From: an uncultured Planctomycetales bacterium
Lineage (GTDB): Bacteria > Omnitrophota > Gorgyraeia > Gygaellales > Profunditerraquicolaceae
Assembly (NCBI GenBank): GCA_964542785.1
Contig: CAZIUK010000001.1
Coordinates: forward strand, 570,862-634,861
DNA length: 64,000 bases
Direction: 5' to 3'
Shown: positions 44,547 to 54,016 of the stretch, in pieces
How the letters are laid out: each line of letters opens with the position of its first letter
How positions within the stretch are numbered: position 1 is the stretch's first letter
Position numbers and translations under genes: made by a program
Notes under the pieces: generated by a model
What the model saw: the letters and a program-made list of their open reading frames with translations, nothing else
Database searches by the model: none
Told to the model about the DNA's origin: nothing

Positions 44547-45386
44547 CTAAATTAAATAACCGATAAGCTTACTTAACTCTTCTTTCATATTTTTTCTATG
44601 GACTATCATATCTATAAGGCCATGGTCAAGTAAGAACTCAGAACGTTGAAATCCGGCAGGTAATTTTTGCCTTATGGTCTGTTCAATGACCCTTGGCCCG
44701 GCAAATCCTATCAAGGCTTTTGGCTCAGCAATAATAATATCTCCGATACCGGCAAAAGAGGCCATAACGCCGCCCATGGTAGGATTTGTAAGGATGGATA
44801 TATATGGAAGCTTAGATTTCTTTAAATACCCTAACGCAGCAGAGGTCTTTGCCATCTGCATAAGGCTTAACATCCCCTCATACATTCTAGCCCCTCCCCC
44901 AGAGCCTGAAACTATAACCAAGGGTAGTTTTTTCTTGATAGCCGCCTCAATAGCGCGGGTTATTTTTTCCCCAACAACCGAACCCATTGAACCCATAATA
45001 AAACGGGAATCGGTTACTGCAATAACCGACCTCTTCTTATCAATATCCCCCTCCCCGGATACAACAGCATCTTTAAGCCCGGTTGCCGCTTGATCTGCTG
45101 CTAATTTATCTTTGTAAGTCTTTGGACCCTTAAACTCCAAGGGATCTAAAGAAAGCATATCTTTATCGTATTCTTCAAAGGTATCTTTATCTATAATAAA
45201 ATTAATCCTTTCATACGCGCCTAAGGGAAAATGGTATCCGCATTTAGGACAGACCTTAAAATTCTCATCTATAGTTTTATTATAAACGGTCTCAGAACAC
45301 GCATCGCACTTAGTCCAAAGCCCATCAGGTATCTCTTTCTTTTTTATCCTTACTATCGTATATTTAGGTTTTCCGAATAGAGCCAT
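44547..45386 (-). CDS. accD: Acetyl-CoA carboxylase carboxyltransferase beta subunit.
   Basis: The product has an N-terminal zinc ribbon CDACSETVY...CPKCGYHF and a carboxyltransferase domain. It is 279 aa. Confidence 0.88.
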   Translation of the reverse strand: MALFGKPKYTIVRIKKKEIPDGLWTKCDACSETVYNKTIDENFKVCPKCGYHFPLGAYERINFIIDKDTFEEYDKDMLSLDPLEFKGPKTYKDKLAADQAATGLKDAVVSGEGDIDKKRSVIAVTDSRFIMGSMGSVVGEKITRAIEAAIKKKLPLVIVSGSGGGARMYEGMLSLMQMAKTSAALGYLKKSKLPYISILTNPTMGGVMASFAGIGDIIIAEPKALIGFAGPRVIEQTIRQKLPAGFQRSEFLLDHGLIDMIVHRKNMKEELSKLIGYLI

Positions 45387-45387
45387 T

Positions 45388-46674
45388 TTATATATTATCG
45401 TGTTTATGAACCAAGAGTCCGGAAAGCAGCTTAGGATAAAAATAAGTTGATTTAGGAGGCATCTTACTATCCTTTAAAGCTACGGCCATAATATCTTCCA
45501 TCTTTACCGGGTTCAAAAAAAACGCTACCCTATTAATTTTAGAATCAACCTCTTCAATACATTCTTTAGGGTTAGCAGTATATCTGATTACTTCTTTATC
45601 CTTTAAATTAATACCCAATATTCTTTTAAAAACAAGCTGATTTAATACCGCAGCATCCAAAAGCCTGTACTCTTTAGGCTTATCAGGCATCTCTTTATCT
45701 AAAATTTTAATATTCTTTAAACGCAAAAGAAAATAATCCTTATCTAAATACATGCCTATAATATGCCCATAGGAACCGCCTTTCTCAAGCAAAAAGAAAA
45801 ACCTGCTTCTCTCTTTCACCTTCTCTAAATCAAAATTCTCCTTGATACTACTTAAAAAGGAATCTAAAGATAATCCCTTAGGAAGCTCCACTATCCTATG
45901 TATAGGCATTATTGATAAGCCACGTTGGTCAGCTGGAGTAAAATAACTTAAGGTATAATTAAAGCTTGCACTCTCTGAAAAGTTATCCTTAAGCCTAAAG
46001 CGTATCTTATCCCTATATGCACAAGAAACCTCATAACGATGATGCCCATCGGCAATAAAAAGATCCTCGCCCTTTATCCCTAATTGCACAAACTCTATAA
46101 TTTTAGGCTCTTCTATACTCCAAATCCTATGCTTAGTCTTCTCTGCGTCAATAACATCTATTAAAGGCGGGCTTCCTATAATGCTTTGGTCAAAGACTCT
46201 CTGGATAACGCGCTTCTTATCCTTAAAGACGACAAAAATAGGGCTTAAGTTAGCATTAGTCCTGCTTAAAAGATTACCCCTGTCCTCCTTTGCCTTACTA
46301 TGAGTATTCTCATGGCCTAAAATAGACGAACCCTTATTGCTAAGCCTCAAAAGAGCAATAAATCCTAAACGAAATTTCTTTTCACCCCTAATAGTATACT
46401 CCTGGAGATAAAAGTATATTGCAGGAGACTTGCTTTGTATTAATACACCTTTCTTAATCCAATCTTTAAAAGCCCTTCCTGAAGCTATATACCTATTCTC
46501 CTTGGGGGCATCTTTTCTTAAAAGGATATGGATAAAGTTATAGGGACTAATCTTATGGTAATACTCTTGCTGCTGGGGAGAGATTACATCATAAGGAGGG
46601 CAGAAGAGCAAAGATAGGTCTTTAAAATCTTCCTGATTATAAAAAAAAGCCTTAAATGGTTTTATTTCAGCCAT
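45388..46674 (-). CDS. DUF1015 family protein (function unknown).
   Basis: The product carries the FCPPYDV, IADGHHR and PKSTYFYPK motifs characteristic of DUF1015. It is 428 aa. Confidence 0.65.
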   Translation of the reverse strand: MAEIKPFKAFFYNQEDFKDLSLLFCPPYDVISPQQQEYYHKISPYNFIHILLRKDAPKENRYIASGRAFKDWIKKGVLIQSKSPAIYFYLQEYTIRGEKKFRLGFIALLRLSNKGSSILGHENTHSKAKEDRGNLLSRTNANLSPIFVVFKDKKRVIQRVFDQSIIGSPPLIDVIDAEKTKHRIWSIEEPKIIEFVQLGIKGEDLFIADGHHRYEVSCAYRDKIRFRLKDNFSESASFNYTLSYFTPADQRGLSIMPIHRIVELPKGLSLDSFLSSIKENFDLEKVKERSRFFFLLEKGGSYGHIIGMYLDKDYFLLRLKNIKILDKEMPDKPKEYRLLDAAVLNQLVFKRILGINLKDKEVIRYTANPKECIEEVDSKINRVAFFLNPVKMEDIMAVALKDSKMPPKSTYFYPKLLSGLLVHKHDNI

Positions 46675-46753
46675 AATATTCTATATAGGGGGAAAAATTA
46701 TTCAGTCTATTATTTATACCATAAAATAATTAAGAAATAAACCTAAAAATCTT

Positions 46754-47011
46754 TTATTTACTATTTGGGCAGGAAGTGCAATTCTGGCTTGCCGCAGGGC
46801 AGGAAAGAGGCTTTTGGTTGTTCTTTTCAGGCTTGCGATAATCCGTAGCATAAAACCCTGAACCCTTAAATATGATACCTGAGCCTCCTCCTATAAGCCT
46901 GCTTACCTTATTCTTGCATGTAGGGCAAGACTTAAGCGGCTCTTCGGTTATCCTCTGGAAAACCTCAAATATCTTATTACAATTGGTACATTCATATTCA
47001 TATGTCGGCAT
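46754..47011 (-). CDS. FmdB-family putative regulatory zinc-ribbon protein.
   Basis: The product starts MPTYEYECTNCNKIFEV and has ...CPTCKNKV. Confidence 0.7.
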   Translation of the reverse strand: MPTYEYECTNCNKIFEVFQRITEEPLKSCPTCKNKVSRLIGGGSGIIFKGSGFYATDYRKPEKNNQKPLSCPAASQNCTSCPNSK

Positions 47012-47038
47012 ACTATCTCCTTTTACAAAAAATTTTGT

Positions 47039-48196
47039 TTATCTAAAAGTCTTTTTTATTTTATCCGTAAAGGTCTCTTTTATCCTCTCTCCGGAAGCAC
47101 GAGCGAAGTCTTCTGCTGCCTGCCTCTGTTGCGTATTAAGCTTACGCGGTATCTCAACATTAACCCTGACTAATTGGTCCCCCATAACCTTAGAGTGTAA
47201 ATCTATTACACCCTTTCCTTTAAGCCTAAATAAACTCCCACTCTGAGTGCCTGCTGGTATCTTCATATCTACGCTACCGCTTAAAGTAGGAATAATTACC
47301 TCTCCTCCCAATAAAGCCTTGCTTAAGCTTATAGTAGCCTCAAAGAGTATATCTCTGCCATGCCGCTGAAATGACTCATGTTCAGTTACCTCTATAACAA
47401 CATAAAGATCCCCTCTGCTTGTCTGCCCAGCCTCGCCTTCTCCACGTATCCTTAAATTAGACCCAGTATCAACCCCTGCAGGAATCTTAACTTTAATTTT
47501 ACGTATAACCTTTGACCTACCTTCGCCATTACATTCCGGGCAAGGAGACTGAATTATAGACCCTTCTCCACCACAGCGTTGACAAGTCTGTTGTATATAA
47601 AAACCTCTTGCCCCTGCTACAGAGCGACCTGAACCTTTACATTGCGGGCAAGTTGTCTTTTTTGTCCCTGGCTTAGCTCCTGTTCCAGAACAAATATGAC
47701 AAGACTCATAACGGGGAACATTTATAGTCTTCTCCGTCCCTTTAGCTGCTTCTTCTAATGTAATCCTAAGAGCAATCTGTAGGTCCCTGCCTCTTCTCCT
47801 TTGCCCATGCGTGCGCCTTGACCCTGAACCAAAGATATCATAACCTAAATCGCTAAATATATCCTCAAATATCCCCCCACCAAAACCAAACCCTCCTAAA
47901 TCCTGGAATACACTGCTAAAATCCGCTCCCTTAAAGATATCCTCTTGGGCATACCTCTGGTCAATCCCAGCATGACCGTATTGATTATAAAGCTTACGCT
48001 TATTATCATCAGAGAGGACAGCGTAGGCTTCGGATATATCCTTAAACCTCTCTTCTGCCTCCTTCTTCTTTTCCTGCGGGACACGATCAGGATGATGCTT
48101 GAGCGCAAGCTCTCGATAAGCCCGTTTTATCTCATCAAGACTTGCGCTCTTTGAAATTCCAAGAGTTTCATAGTAGTCTTTTTTAGTAGTCGCCAT
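47039..48196 (-). CDS. dnaJ: Chaperone DnaJ.
   Basis: The product has a J domain with HPD, a G/F region and four CxxCxGxG repeats. It is 385 aa. Confidence 0.95.
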   Translation of the reverse strand: MATTKKDYYETLGISKSASLDEIKRAYRELALKHHPDRVPQEKKKEAEERFKDISEAYAVLSDDNKRKLYNQYGHAGIDQRYAQEDIFKGADFSSVFQDLGGFGFGGGIFEDIFSDLGYDIFGSGSRRTHGQRRRGRDLQIALRITLEEAAKGTEKTINVPRYESCHICSGTGAKPGTKKTTCPQCKGSGRSVAGARGFYIQQTCQRCGGEGSIIQSPCPECNGEGRSKVIRKIKVKIPAGVDTGSNLRIRGEGEAGQTSRGDLYVVIEVTEHESFQRHGRDILFEATISLSKALLGGEVIIPTLSGSVDMKIPAGTQSGSLFRLKGKGVIDLHSKVMGDQLVRVNVEIPRKLNTQQRQAAEDFARASGERIKETFTDKIKKTFR

Positions 48197-48201
48197 CTAA
48201 A

Positions 48202-50091
48202 CTAATTCTTATCTTCTTCTTTATATTCAGCGTCAATAATATCTTCTTTGTTGTCCTTTGGTTTTTCTTCTTGAGGTTTTGGCTCTGCTTCTTCTTGCGT
48301 AGAACCGGTATTAACATCCCCTTTAGGAGCTTGTTTAGCAGAAGCCTGCTTATAAACCTCTTCGGCTAATTTATGGGAAGCCTTGGTTAAATCCTCCATC
48401 CCTTTCTTAATCCTCTCTAAGTTCTTATCTTTTATAGCGGCTTTTAAGTCATTAGCCTTGGCCTCTATATCAGCCCTTTCTTCTTGGCTAACCTTATCGC
48501 CATAATCTTTTAAGGATTTTTCAGTAGCATAGACTAAATTATCTGCTTGATTAATTACCTCTACCTCATCTTTCTTCTTTGCGTCTTCAGCAGCAAATTT
48601 TTCAGCATCACGCACCATCTTTTCAATCTCCTCCTTAGAGAGCTTCTTAGGAGCAGATATGCGCACTGATTGCTCTTTGCCTGTACCTAAGTCCTTTGCT
48701 GAGACATGCACAATGCCATTTGCATCAATATCAAAGGATACCTCTATCTGGGGCACACCTCTTGGAGCTGCAGGGATACCTACTAAATCAAACCTCCCTA
48801 ACTCCACATTATCCTCTGCCATTTGACGCTCCCCCTGCAAAACCCTAATAGTTACTGCAGTCTGATTATCAGCAGCAGTTGAGAAAATCTGGCTCTTCCT
48901 TGTAGGTATAGTAGTATTTCTTTCAATTAGTTTTGTATTAACCCCGCCTAAGGTCTCAATACCTAAGGAAAGCGGAGTTACATCAAGTAGCAACACATCC
49001 TTCATATCCCCTTTAATTATAGCTGCCTGTATTGCCGCGCCTAAGGCAACGCATTCCATAGGATCTACCCCGCGCTCAATTTTCTTGCCTACATAATCCT
49101 CAACAGATTTTTGCACTATCGGCATACGCGTAGGCCCACCGACCATAATGATACGGTCGATATCAGAAGGGGATAACTTTGCATCTGATAATGCCTGCTC
49201 CATAGGTTGACGGCACCTATCTATAATCGGACTGACTAAATCATCCAACTTTGCCCGGGTAATAGTCATAGTAAGATGTTTTGGTCCTGAAGCATCAGCG
49301 GTTATAAAGGGCAAGTTGATGTCGGTGCTTACAGTTGAGGAGAGTTCTATCTTTGCCTTCTCCGCAGCTTCACGCAACCTCTGCACAGCCATCTTATCAT
49401 TCATAAGGTCAATGCCATTTTCGCGCTTGAACTGATTAGCTATATACTCAAGGAGCGCTTTATCCATATCTGTTCCACCCAATTGAGTATCTCCGGATGT
49501 AGCCTTAACCTCAAAAACTCCTTGCGCCATCTCCATAATTGTGACATCCAAGGTCCCACCGCCTAAATCAAAGACCATTATCTTCTGCTCCTTGCCGGCT
49601 TTTTCTAACCCATAGGCAAGACATGCAGCAGTAGGCTCATTAATGATACGCAAAACCTTCAACCCTGCTATTTCACCAGCATCTTTAGTCGCCTGTCTTT
49701 GATTATCATCAAAGTAAGCAGGACAAGTAATAACTACCTCCTCAACCTTATCCCCAAGATAAGCTTCAGCGTCCTGTTTAATCTTCTGTAAAACAAATGC
49801 GGATATTTGCTGAGGGGTATATTCTTTCCCCATCACCCTAAACTTAAAATCCGTCCCCATCTTTCTCTTTGCCGCCTGTATGGTGCTTTCGGCATTTATC
49901 GCTGCCTGCCTCCTCGCCGGCTCACCGACTAACCTTTGGCCGTCTTTGGTAAATGCAACATAAGATGGGAAGGCCTTACCTGAGGCTACCCCTGCTCCTT
50001 CTGCTGAAGGAATTATAACCGCACGTGAACCTTCCATAACCGCAGCAGCTGAATTTGATGTCCCTAAATCTATACCGATTACTTTAGCCAT
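48202..50091 (-). CDS. dnaK: Chaperone DnaK (Hsp70).
   Basis: The product has [18 protein letters not shown] and an EEVD-like C-terminus. It is 629 aa. Confidence 0.97.
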   Translation of the reverse strand: MAKVIGIDLGTSNSAAAVMEGSRAVIIPSAEGAGVASGKAFPSYVAFTKDGQRLVGEPARRQAAINAESTIQAAKRKMGTDFKFRVMGKEYTPQQISAFVLQKIKQDAEAYLGDKVEEVVITCPAYFDDNQRQATKDAGEIAGLKVLRIINEPTAACLAYGLEKAGKEQKIMVFDLGGGTLDVTIMEMAQGVFEVKATSGDTQLGGTDMDKALLEYIANQFKRENGIDLMNDKMAVQRLREAAEKAKIELSSTVSTDINLPFITADASGPKHLTMTITRAKLDDLVSPIIDRCRQPMEQALSDAKLSPSDIDRIIMVGGPTRMPIVQKSVEDYVGKKIERGVDPMECVALGAAIQAAIIKGDMKDVLLLDVTPLSLGIETLGGVNTKLIERNTTIPTRKSQIFSTAADNQTAVTIRVLQGERQMAEDNVELGRFDLVGIPAAPRGVPQIEVSFDIDANGIVHVSAKDLGTGKEQSVRISAPKKLSKEEIEKMVRDAEKFAAEDAKKKDEVEVINQADNLVYATEKSLKDYGDKVSQEERADIEAKANDLKAAIKDKNLERIKKGMEDLTKASHKLAEEVYKQASAKQAPKGDVNTGSTQEEAEPKPQEEKPKDNKEDIIDAEYKEEDKN

Positions 50092-50093
50092 AA

Positions 50094-50627
50094 TTAACCT
50101 CCTTGTTCCTTTTTAGAAACCTTTACTTTAACTGTCCTAATAACCCGATCATTTAAAATATAACCCTTTTGTAATTCCTCAATTACTGTATGCTCCGGGA
50201 GCTCTTTATCTTCAACCTGCATCAACACTTCATGGCAACTAGGGTCAAAGAGCTTCCCCTTTGCCTCTAAAGGTTTAACCCCATAATCCTTTAACATCTC
50301 ATGAAGATGAGCCAATATCATCTCTACCCCTTTTAAAAAAGCCTTAGGATCATGCTTTTGCGCTTCAGCTAAACTTACGGTCCTTTCTAAATCATCTAAA
50401 ATATTTAAAAGCTCTAAGATAATACCTTCGTTGGCAAACTTTATAAATTCCAGTTTTTCTTTTTCTACGCGTTTACGGGTATTTTCAAAATCTGCCTGCA
50501 ACCTTAAAATCTTATCTGCTAATTCAACAGCTTTTGCAGAATCCTCTTTGAGTTTCAGATACTCGGATTCCTTTATTACAACTTCCTTATCTTCTTTTTT
50601 AACTTCAGGCTTAACTTCTTTTGTCAT
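50094..50627 (-). CDS. grpE: Nucleotide exchange factor GrpE.
   Basis: The 177-aa product has a coiled-coil N-terminus and a GrpE C-terminal domain. Confidence 0.9.
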   Translation of the reverse strand: MTKEVKPEVKKEDKEVVIKESEYLKLKEDSAKAVELADKILRLQADFENTRKRVEKEKLEFIKFANEGIILELLNILDDLERTVSLAEAQKHDPKAFLKGVEMILAHLHEMLKDYGVKPLEAKGKLFDPSCHEVLMQVEDKELPEHTVIEELQKGYILNDRVIRTVKVKVSKKEQGG

Positions 50628-51361
50628 TCTATACTCTCCAAAAATTCGCTTAAAATATCAGAGATATACGCAAGCATAGGAATGATATAATCATACTCCA
50701 TACGGGCAGGCCCAAGGACTGCAAGCTTGCCCTGCGGCCTTTTTTTCTTACGATAGCTTGAAACTACTAAAGAACAATCTGCCATATCCGAACCTAACTC
50801 CTGGCCGATATAAACCTTAACCTTATCGTTAAAATCACGGTTAATAATTTCTAATAGATTCCGCTTCTCCTCAAGGGCGTTTATTAATAGCTTTATCTTT
50901 TGGGAGTCTTTAAACTCCGGCTGCTCTAAAATACGGCCTATCCCCTTATAAAGCAATCTATCCTGCCATTCTAAAAAAGATACTATTCCCGTATAGCGAG
51001 AAGACTCAGAAATAAACTCGCTCGTCTCCTCAAGCGCATCCTCTAACCTTTTAGCTCTCCTGTTATATGCGTGCATAATCCTAGACTTCTCTTCGTCCAA
51101 CAACTCCATCTGGGAATTTAAAAAATCAACATAATAACGATACCCTTTATCTGTAGGGATTCTCCCACCGGAAGTATAGGGATGCGTTAAATAACCTGCT
51201 GTTTCTAATTCAGAAAAAATATTGCGTATAGTAGCCGGGCTTAAATCAAAATCCTTGGCAATATCCTCTGAAGAAACAGGGCATGCCTTTTGAATATACT
51301 TATTTATGGTCGCGCTTAAAACCGACCTTCTCCTGGATTCATAATCAACATTCTTTACCAT
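50624..51361 (-). CDS. hrcA: Heat-inducible transcription repressor HrcA, compact form (245 aa against the usual length of about 340 aa).
   Basis: The N-terminal wHTH and SGGRIPTDKGYRYYVD align with B. subtilis HrcA, as does the C-terminal CSLVVSSY...LGPARMEYDYIIPMLAYISD. The central region is shortened. Confidence 0.85.
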   Translation of the reverse strand: MVKNVDYESRRRSVLSATINKYIQKACPVSSEDIAKDFDLSPATIRNIFSELETAGYLTHPYTSGGRIPTDKGYRYYVDFLNSQMELLDEEKSRIMHAYNRRAKRLEDALEETSEFISESSRYTGIVSFLEWQDRLLYKGIGRILEQPEFKDSQKIKLLINALEEKRNLLEIINRDFNDKVKVYIGQELGSDMADCSLVVSSYRKKKRPQGKLAVLGPARMEYDYIIPMLAYISDILSEFLESIE

Positions 51362-51392
51362 ACTGTTCCCTTTTAAATTAATACAAAAGGTA

Positions 51393-51420
51393 ATTTTAAC
51401 ACATTTTATTTTCTTGTAAA
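51393..51420 (-). promoter_or_regulatory. Candidate promoter for hrcA-grpE-dnaK-dnaJ (-35 TTTACA, 16-nt spacer, extended -10 TGnTAAAAT).
   Basis: The reverse strand reads TTTACA-AGAAAATAAAATGTGT-TAAAAT. It lies 9 nt downstream of CIRCE and about 30 nt upstream of the hrcA ATG. Confidence 0.35.
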
Positions 51421-51428
51421 GATTTATT

Positions 51429-51455
51429 TTAGCGCTTTGCCAATAAGAGTGCTAA
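51429..51455 (-). promoter_or_regulatory. CIRCE operator (HrcA-binding inverted repeat).
   Basis: The reverse strand reads TTAGCACTC-TTATTGGCA-AAGCGCTAA against the consensus TTAGCACTC-N9-GAGTGCTAA. The left arm is perfect and the right arm matches 7 of 9. It sits about 68 nt upstream of the hrcA start. Confidence 0.85.
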
Positions 51456-51472
51456 TGCTTTAACAAAAAAAA

Positions 51473-51733
51473 TCATACCTCTTCTTTCTCTATTATTATC
51501 TTTATCCCGTGAATATTAACTTTCTTCTCTACCATTAGATAATGCACATACTCTAATTTTTTGATGTCCTTCAAAGAATAAAACCTATGTTTTTTACCGA
51601 TTCTTTTTGATTTAACTATCCCTTTCTTATCAAGTTGACGAAGCGTCCAAACTGGAATATCGACTAACTTACTTACTACGCTTATAACATAAACTGGTTC
51701 GTCTTGGCTAATATTAACATTAAATAATGGCAT
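51473..51733 (-). CDS. MerR-family HTH regulator, HspR-like (heat-shock repressor candidate).
   Basis: The 86-aa product has a MerR N-terminal HTH (YVISVVSKLVDIPVWTLRQLDKKGIV...RFYSLKDIKKLEYV) followed by VEKKVNIHGIKII. This resembles the HspR E-E-G-V-N-L-A-G-I region. The gene lies immediately upstream of hrcA. Confidence 0.6.
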   Translation of the reverse strand: MPLFNVNISQDEPVYVISVVSKLVDIPVWTLRQLDKKGIVKSKRIGKKHRFYSLKDIKKLEYVHYLMVEKKVNIHGIKIIIEKEEV

Positions 51734-51757
51734 AACTCCCCTTTATCTTATAAATAG

Positions 51758-51786
51758 ACTATAACATAAACTAATTATTTTGTCAA
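51758..51786 (-). promoter_or_regulatory. Near-consensus sigma70 promoter (-35 TTGACA, 17-nt spacer, -10 TATAGT) upstream of the HspR-like gene.
   Basis: The reverse strand reads TTGACA-AAATAATTAGTTTATGT-TATAGT. The GGGGAG RBS and the ATG follow about 25 nt downstream. Confidence 0.6.
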
Positions 51787-51814
51787 GTAAAATTAATAAT
51801 TTTTATTAAATAAA

Positions 51815-53074
51815 CTAATTATAATTCTTAATGCTAATAGCTTTTATAACTCTTTTATAAAGAGTAGTTGATACCCTTGCTTTTACTTTAACGCCTTTCT
51901 GAATATACTTAACCTCATCTACCCTGCCTTCCTTGTATATTAAATCCAAAAGATCCATACGCCTATGCGGTATTAATAAATCAACCTCTCTTACTTGGAT
52001 TGGAATTAAAGCCTCTATCTGTTTTATTAAAGCAGTTAAGTTTAACTCTAATTGAGCAGAGATAGCCACAGGATGAGTAAAATCAGAGGACAAGGTATTT
52101 ATCCAGGACAGGTCATCTACAAGATCAATCTTATTTAGAACAGTTATTATCGGCTTATTATCTGCTTTTAATTCTTTTAGAACCTTCATTACTGAATTAC
52201 CCTCACTATAAGCATTTGGCGAAGAAGCGTCTAGAACGTGTATTAATAAGTCTGCCTCAGAGACTTCTTCAAGGGTCGCCTTAAAAGCTTCAATAAGGTT
52301 AAGTGGCAAGTCACGCAAAAAACCGACTGTATCGGATAAGACTATGCGGGTACCGTTTGCAAGCTTTAACCCTTTAGCTAAAGGATCTAAAGTAGTAAAT
52401 ATCCTCTCTGAAACAATCTGCCCTGCTTTAGTAAGTGCATTTAAAAGGGTAGATTTTCCTGCGCTAGTATAACCCACTAAAGAAACTAAAGGTAATAACT
52501 CATTCTTTCTTTTTTTACGTAGCAAGGCACGGCGTACCCCTACTGACTTAAGATCTTTTTTTAATTTATTTATCTTATCCCTAATCCTACGTCGGTCAAC
52601 CTCAAGTTTTTTTTCTCCCGGACCGCTCGTCCCAAGTCCAGCTGCCTGCTGAGAGAGGATTATTCCCTTCCCTATTAAACGGGGCATAAGATACTCAAGT
52701 TGGGCTAATTCTACCTGCATCTTTCCTTCAGGACTCTTTGCACGTCGGGCAAATATATCAAGGATTAATTGACTTCTATCTATGGCCTTTTTCTTCCATA
52801 CTTCCTCAAGATTCCTCTGTTGAGCGCCGGATAAATTTTGGCTTAAAATTATCACATCCACCCCTAACTCATCTGCCAAAACCCCTATCTCTTCTACCTT
52901 ACCCCTTCCTATGAGAAAGTTCGGGGTAGGTCTATGGCAAAAGATAATGAGATTGTCTATAACCTCTACATTACAAGCCAAAGAGAGCCCTTCTAACTCA
53001 CGTGCCTCCTCTTCTATGTTTAAACTTGCATCTTTTTCCTTAAAGTCTATTGTTACTAAAAGCGCTCTTTCCAT
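51815..53074 (-). CDS. hflX: GTPase HflX.
   Basis: The product has an HflX N-terminal domain and a G domain with GYTSAGKSTLLNALT, DTVGF and NKID. It is 419 aa. Confidence 0.9.
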   Translation of the reverse strand: MERALLVTIDFKEKDASLNIEEEARELEGLSLACNVEVIDNLIIFCHRPTPNFLIGRGKVEEIGVLADELGVDVIILSQNLSGAQQRNLEEVWKKKAIDRSQLILDIFARRAKSPEGKMQVELAQLEYLMPRLIGKGIILSQQAAGLGTSGPGEKKLEVDRRRIRDKINKLKKDLKSVGVRRALLRKKRKNELLPLVSLVGYTSAGKSTLLNALTKAGQIVSERIFTTLDPLAKGLKLANGTRIVLSDTVGFLRDLPLNLIEAFKATLEEVSEADLLIHVLDASSPNAYSEGNSVMKVLKELKADNKPIITVLNKIDLVDDLSWINTLSSDFTHPVAISAQLELNLTALIKQIEALIPIQVREVDLLIPHRRMDLLDLIYKEGRVDEVKYIQKGVKVKARVSTTLYKRVIKAISIKNYN

Positions 53075-53077
53075 TAT

Positions 53078-54016
53078 CTATCTTTCAATATAACTAAGAA
53101 TTTGTTTTACTGCATCTTTAGGTTTCTGATTAGCGCTAAGATCTATCCAGATAGCACTCTTATCCTTTCTAAACCAAGTCAACTGCCTCTTAGCATAATG
53201 CCGGGTATTAAGTTTCAAAGCTTCTTTTGCCTCCTCCTTAGAATATTCTCCACTTAAAAAAAGCTCAACCTCCTTTAATCCAATAGCAGAAGAAGCAGTC
53301 TTGCTTAACTTCTTATTTAATACCCTCTTAACTTCACTAATCACCCCACTCTTAAACATCCTCTCTACCCGATTATTAATCCGGCTGTAAAGCTTATCTT
53401 TAGGCATATTAAGGCAAAAAACCTTTATATCATACTTATCTCTTAATCCTTTTCTCTTGCCCTGCAAGAGAGTAATCGGCTTCCCAGTAATCTCAAAGAC
53501 CTCTAATGCCCGGACTATCCTTCTCGTATCATTAAAATGGATTTTTTTAGCAGCTAAAGGATCTTTTCTTCTTAATCTATCGTGCAAATACTTACTCCCC
53601 TTACTTAAAGCTATTCTATAGAGCTTATCCCTTGTCTTCTTGTCTTGAGCTTTACATTTAAATATGCCATCAATTAAAATAGTAGAATATAACCCTGTCC
53701 CCCCTACTACCAAAGGTATCTTGCCTTTCTTGTATATATCTTTTATCTTTTTTAAGGCATCTTTACGGAATAAAGATGCGTTGTATTCACTTGATAGAGG
53801 AAGAACTCCTAAAAGATGGTGTCTTACCCTCTTTAATAAACTTGTCTTAGGGTGCGCAGAGATAATCCTTAAACCCTTATATATCTGCATAGAATCGCAG
53901 GAGATGATCTCAGCGCCTATACTCTTAGCTAAAGAAACAGCAGTTTCAGATTTACCTACTCCGGTTGGCCCAAGTATAAAGATAATCTGTTTTTTTATCT
54001 TTTTTTTGAAAGACAT
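53078..54016 (-). CDS. miaA: tRNA dimethylallyltransferase MiaA.
   Basis: The product has a P-loop ILGPTGVGKSETAV and the MiaA fold. It is 312 aa. Confidence 0.9.
   Translation of the reverse strand: MSFKKKIKKQIIFILGPTGVGKSETAVSLAKSIGAEIISCDSMQIYKGLRIISAHPKTSLLKRVRHHLLGVLPLSSEYNASLFRKDALKKIKDIYKKGKIPLVVGGTGLYSTILIDGIFKCKAQDKKTRDKLYRIALSKGSKYLHDRLRRKDPLAAKKIHFNDTRRIVRALEVFEITGKPITLLQGKRKGLRDKYDIKVFCLNMPKDKLYSRINNRVERMFKSGVISEVKRVLNKKLSKTASSAIGLKEVELFLSGEYSKEEAKEALKLNTRHYAKRQLTWFRKDKSAIWIDLSANQKPKDAVKQILSYIER

Noticed and set aside
51734-51814. A search for an HspR-binding HAIR element (CTTGAGT-N7-ACTCAAG) upstream of the HspR-like gene.
   Set aside because: Only a partial CTTGAC within the -35 region is present, and no convincing inverted repeat exists. 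I therefore did not call an operator.
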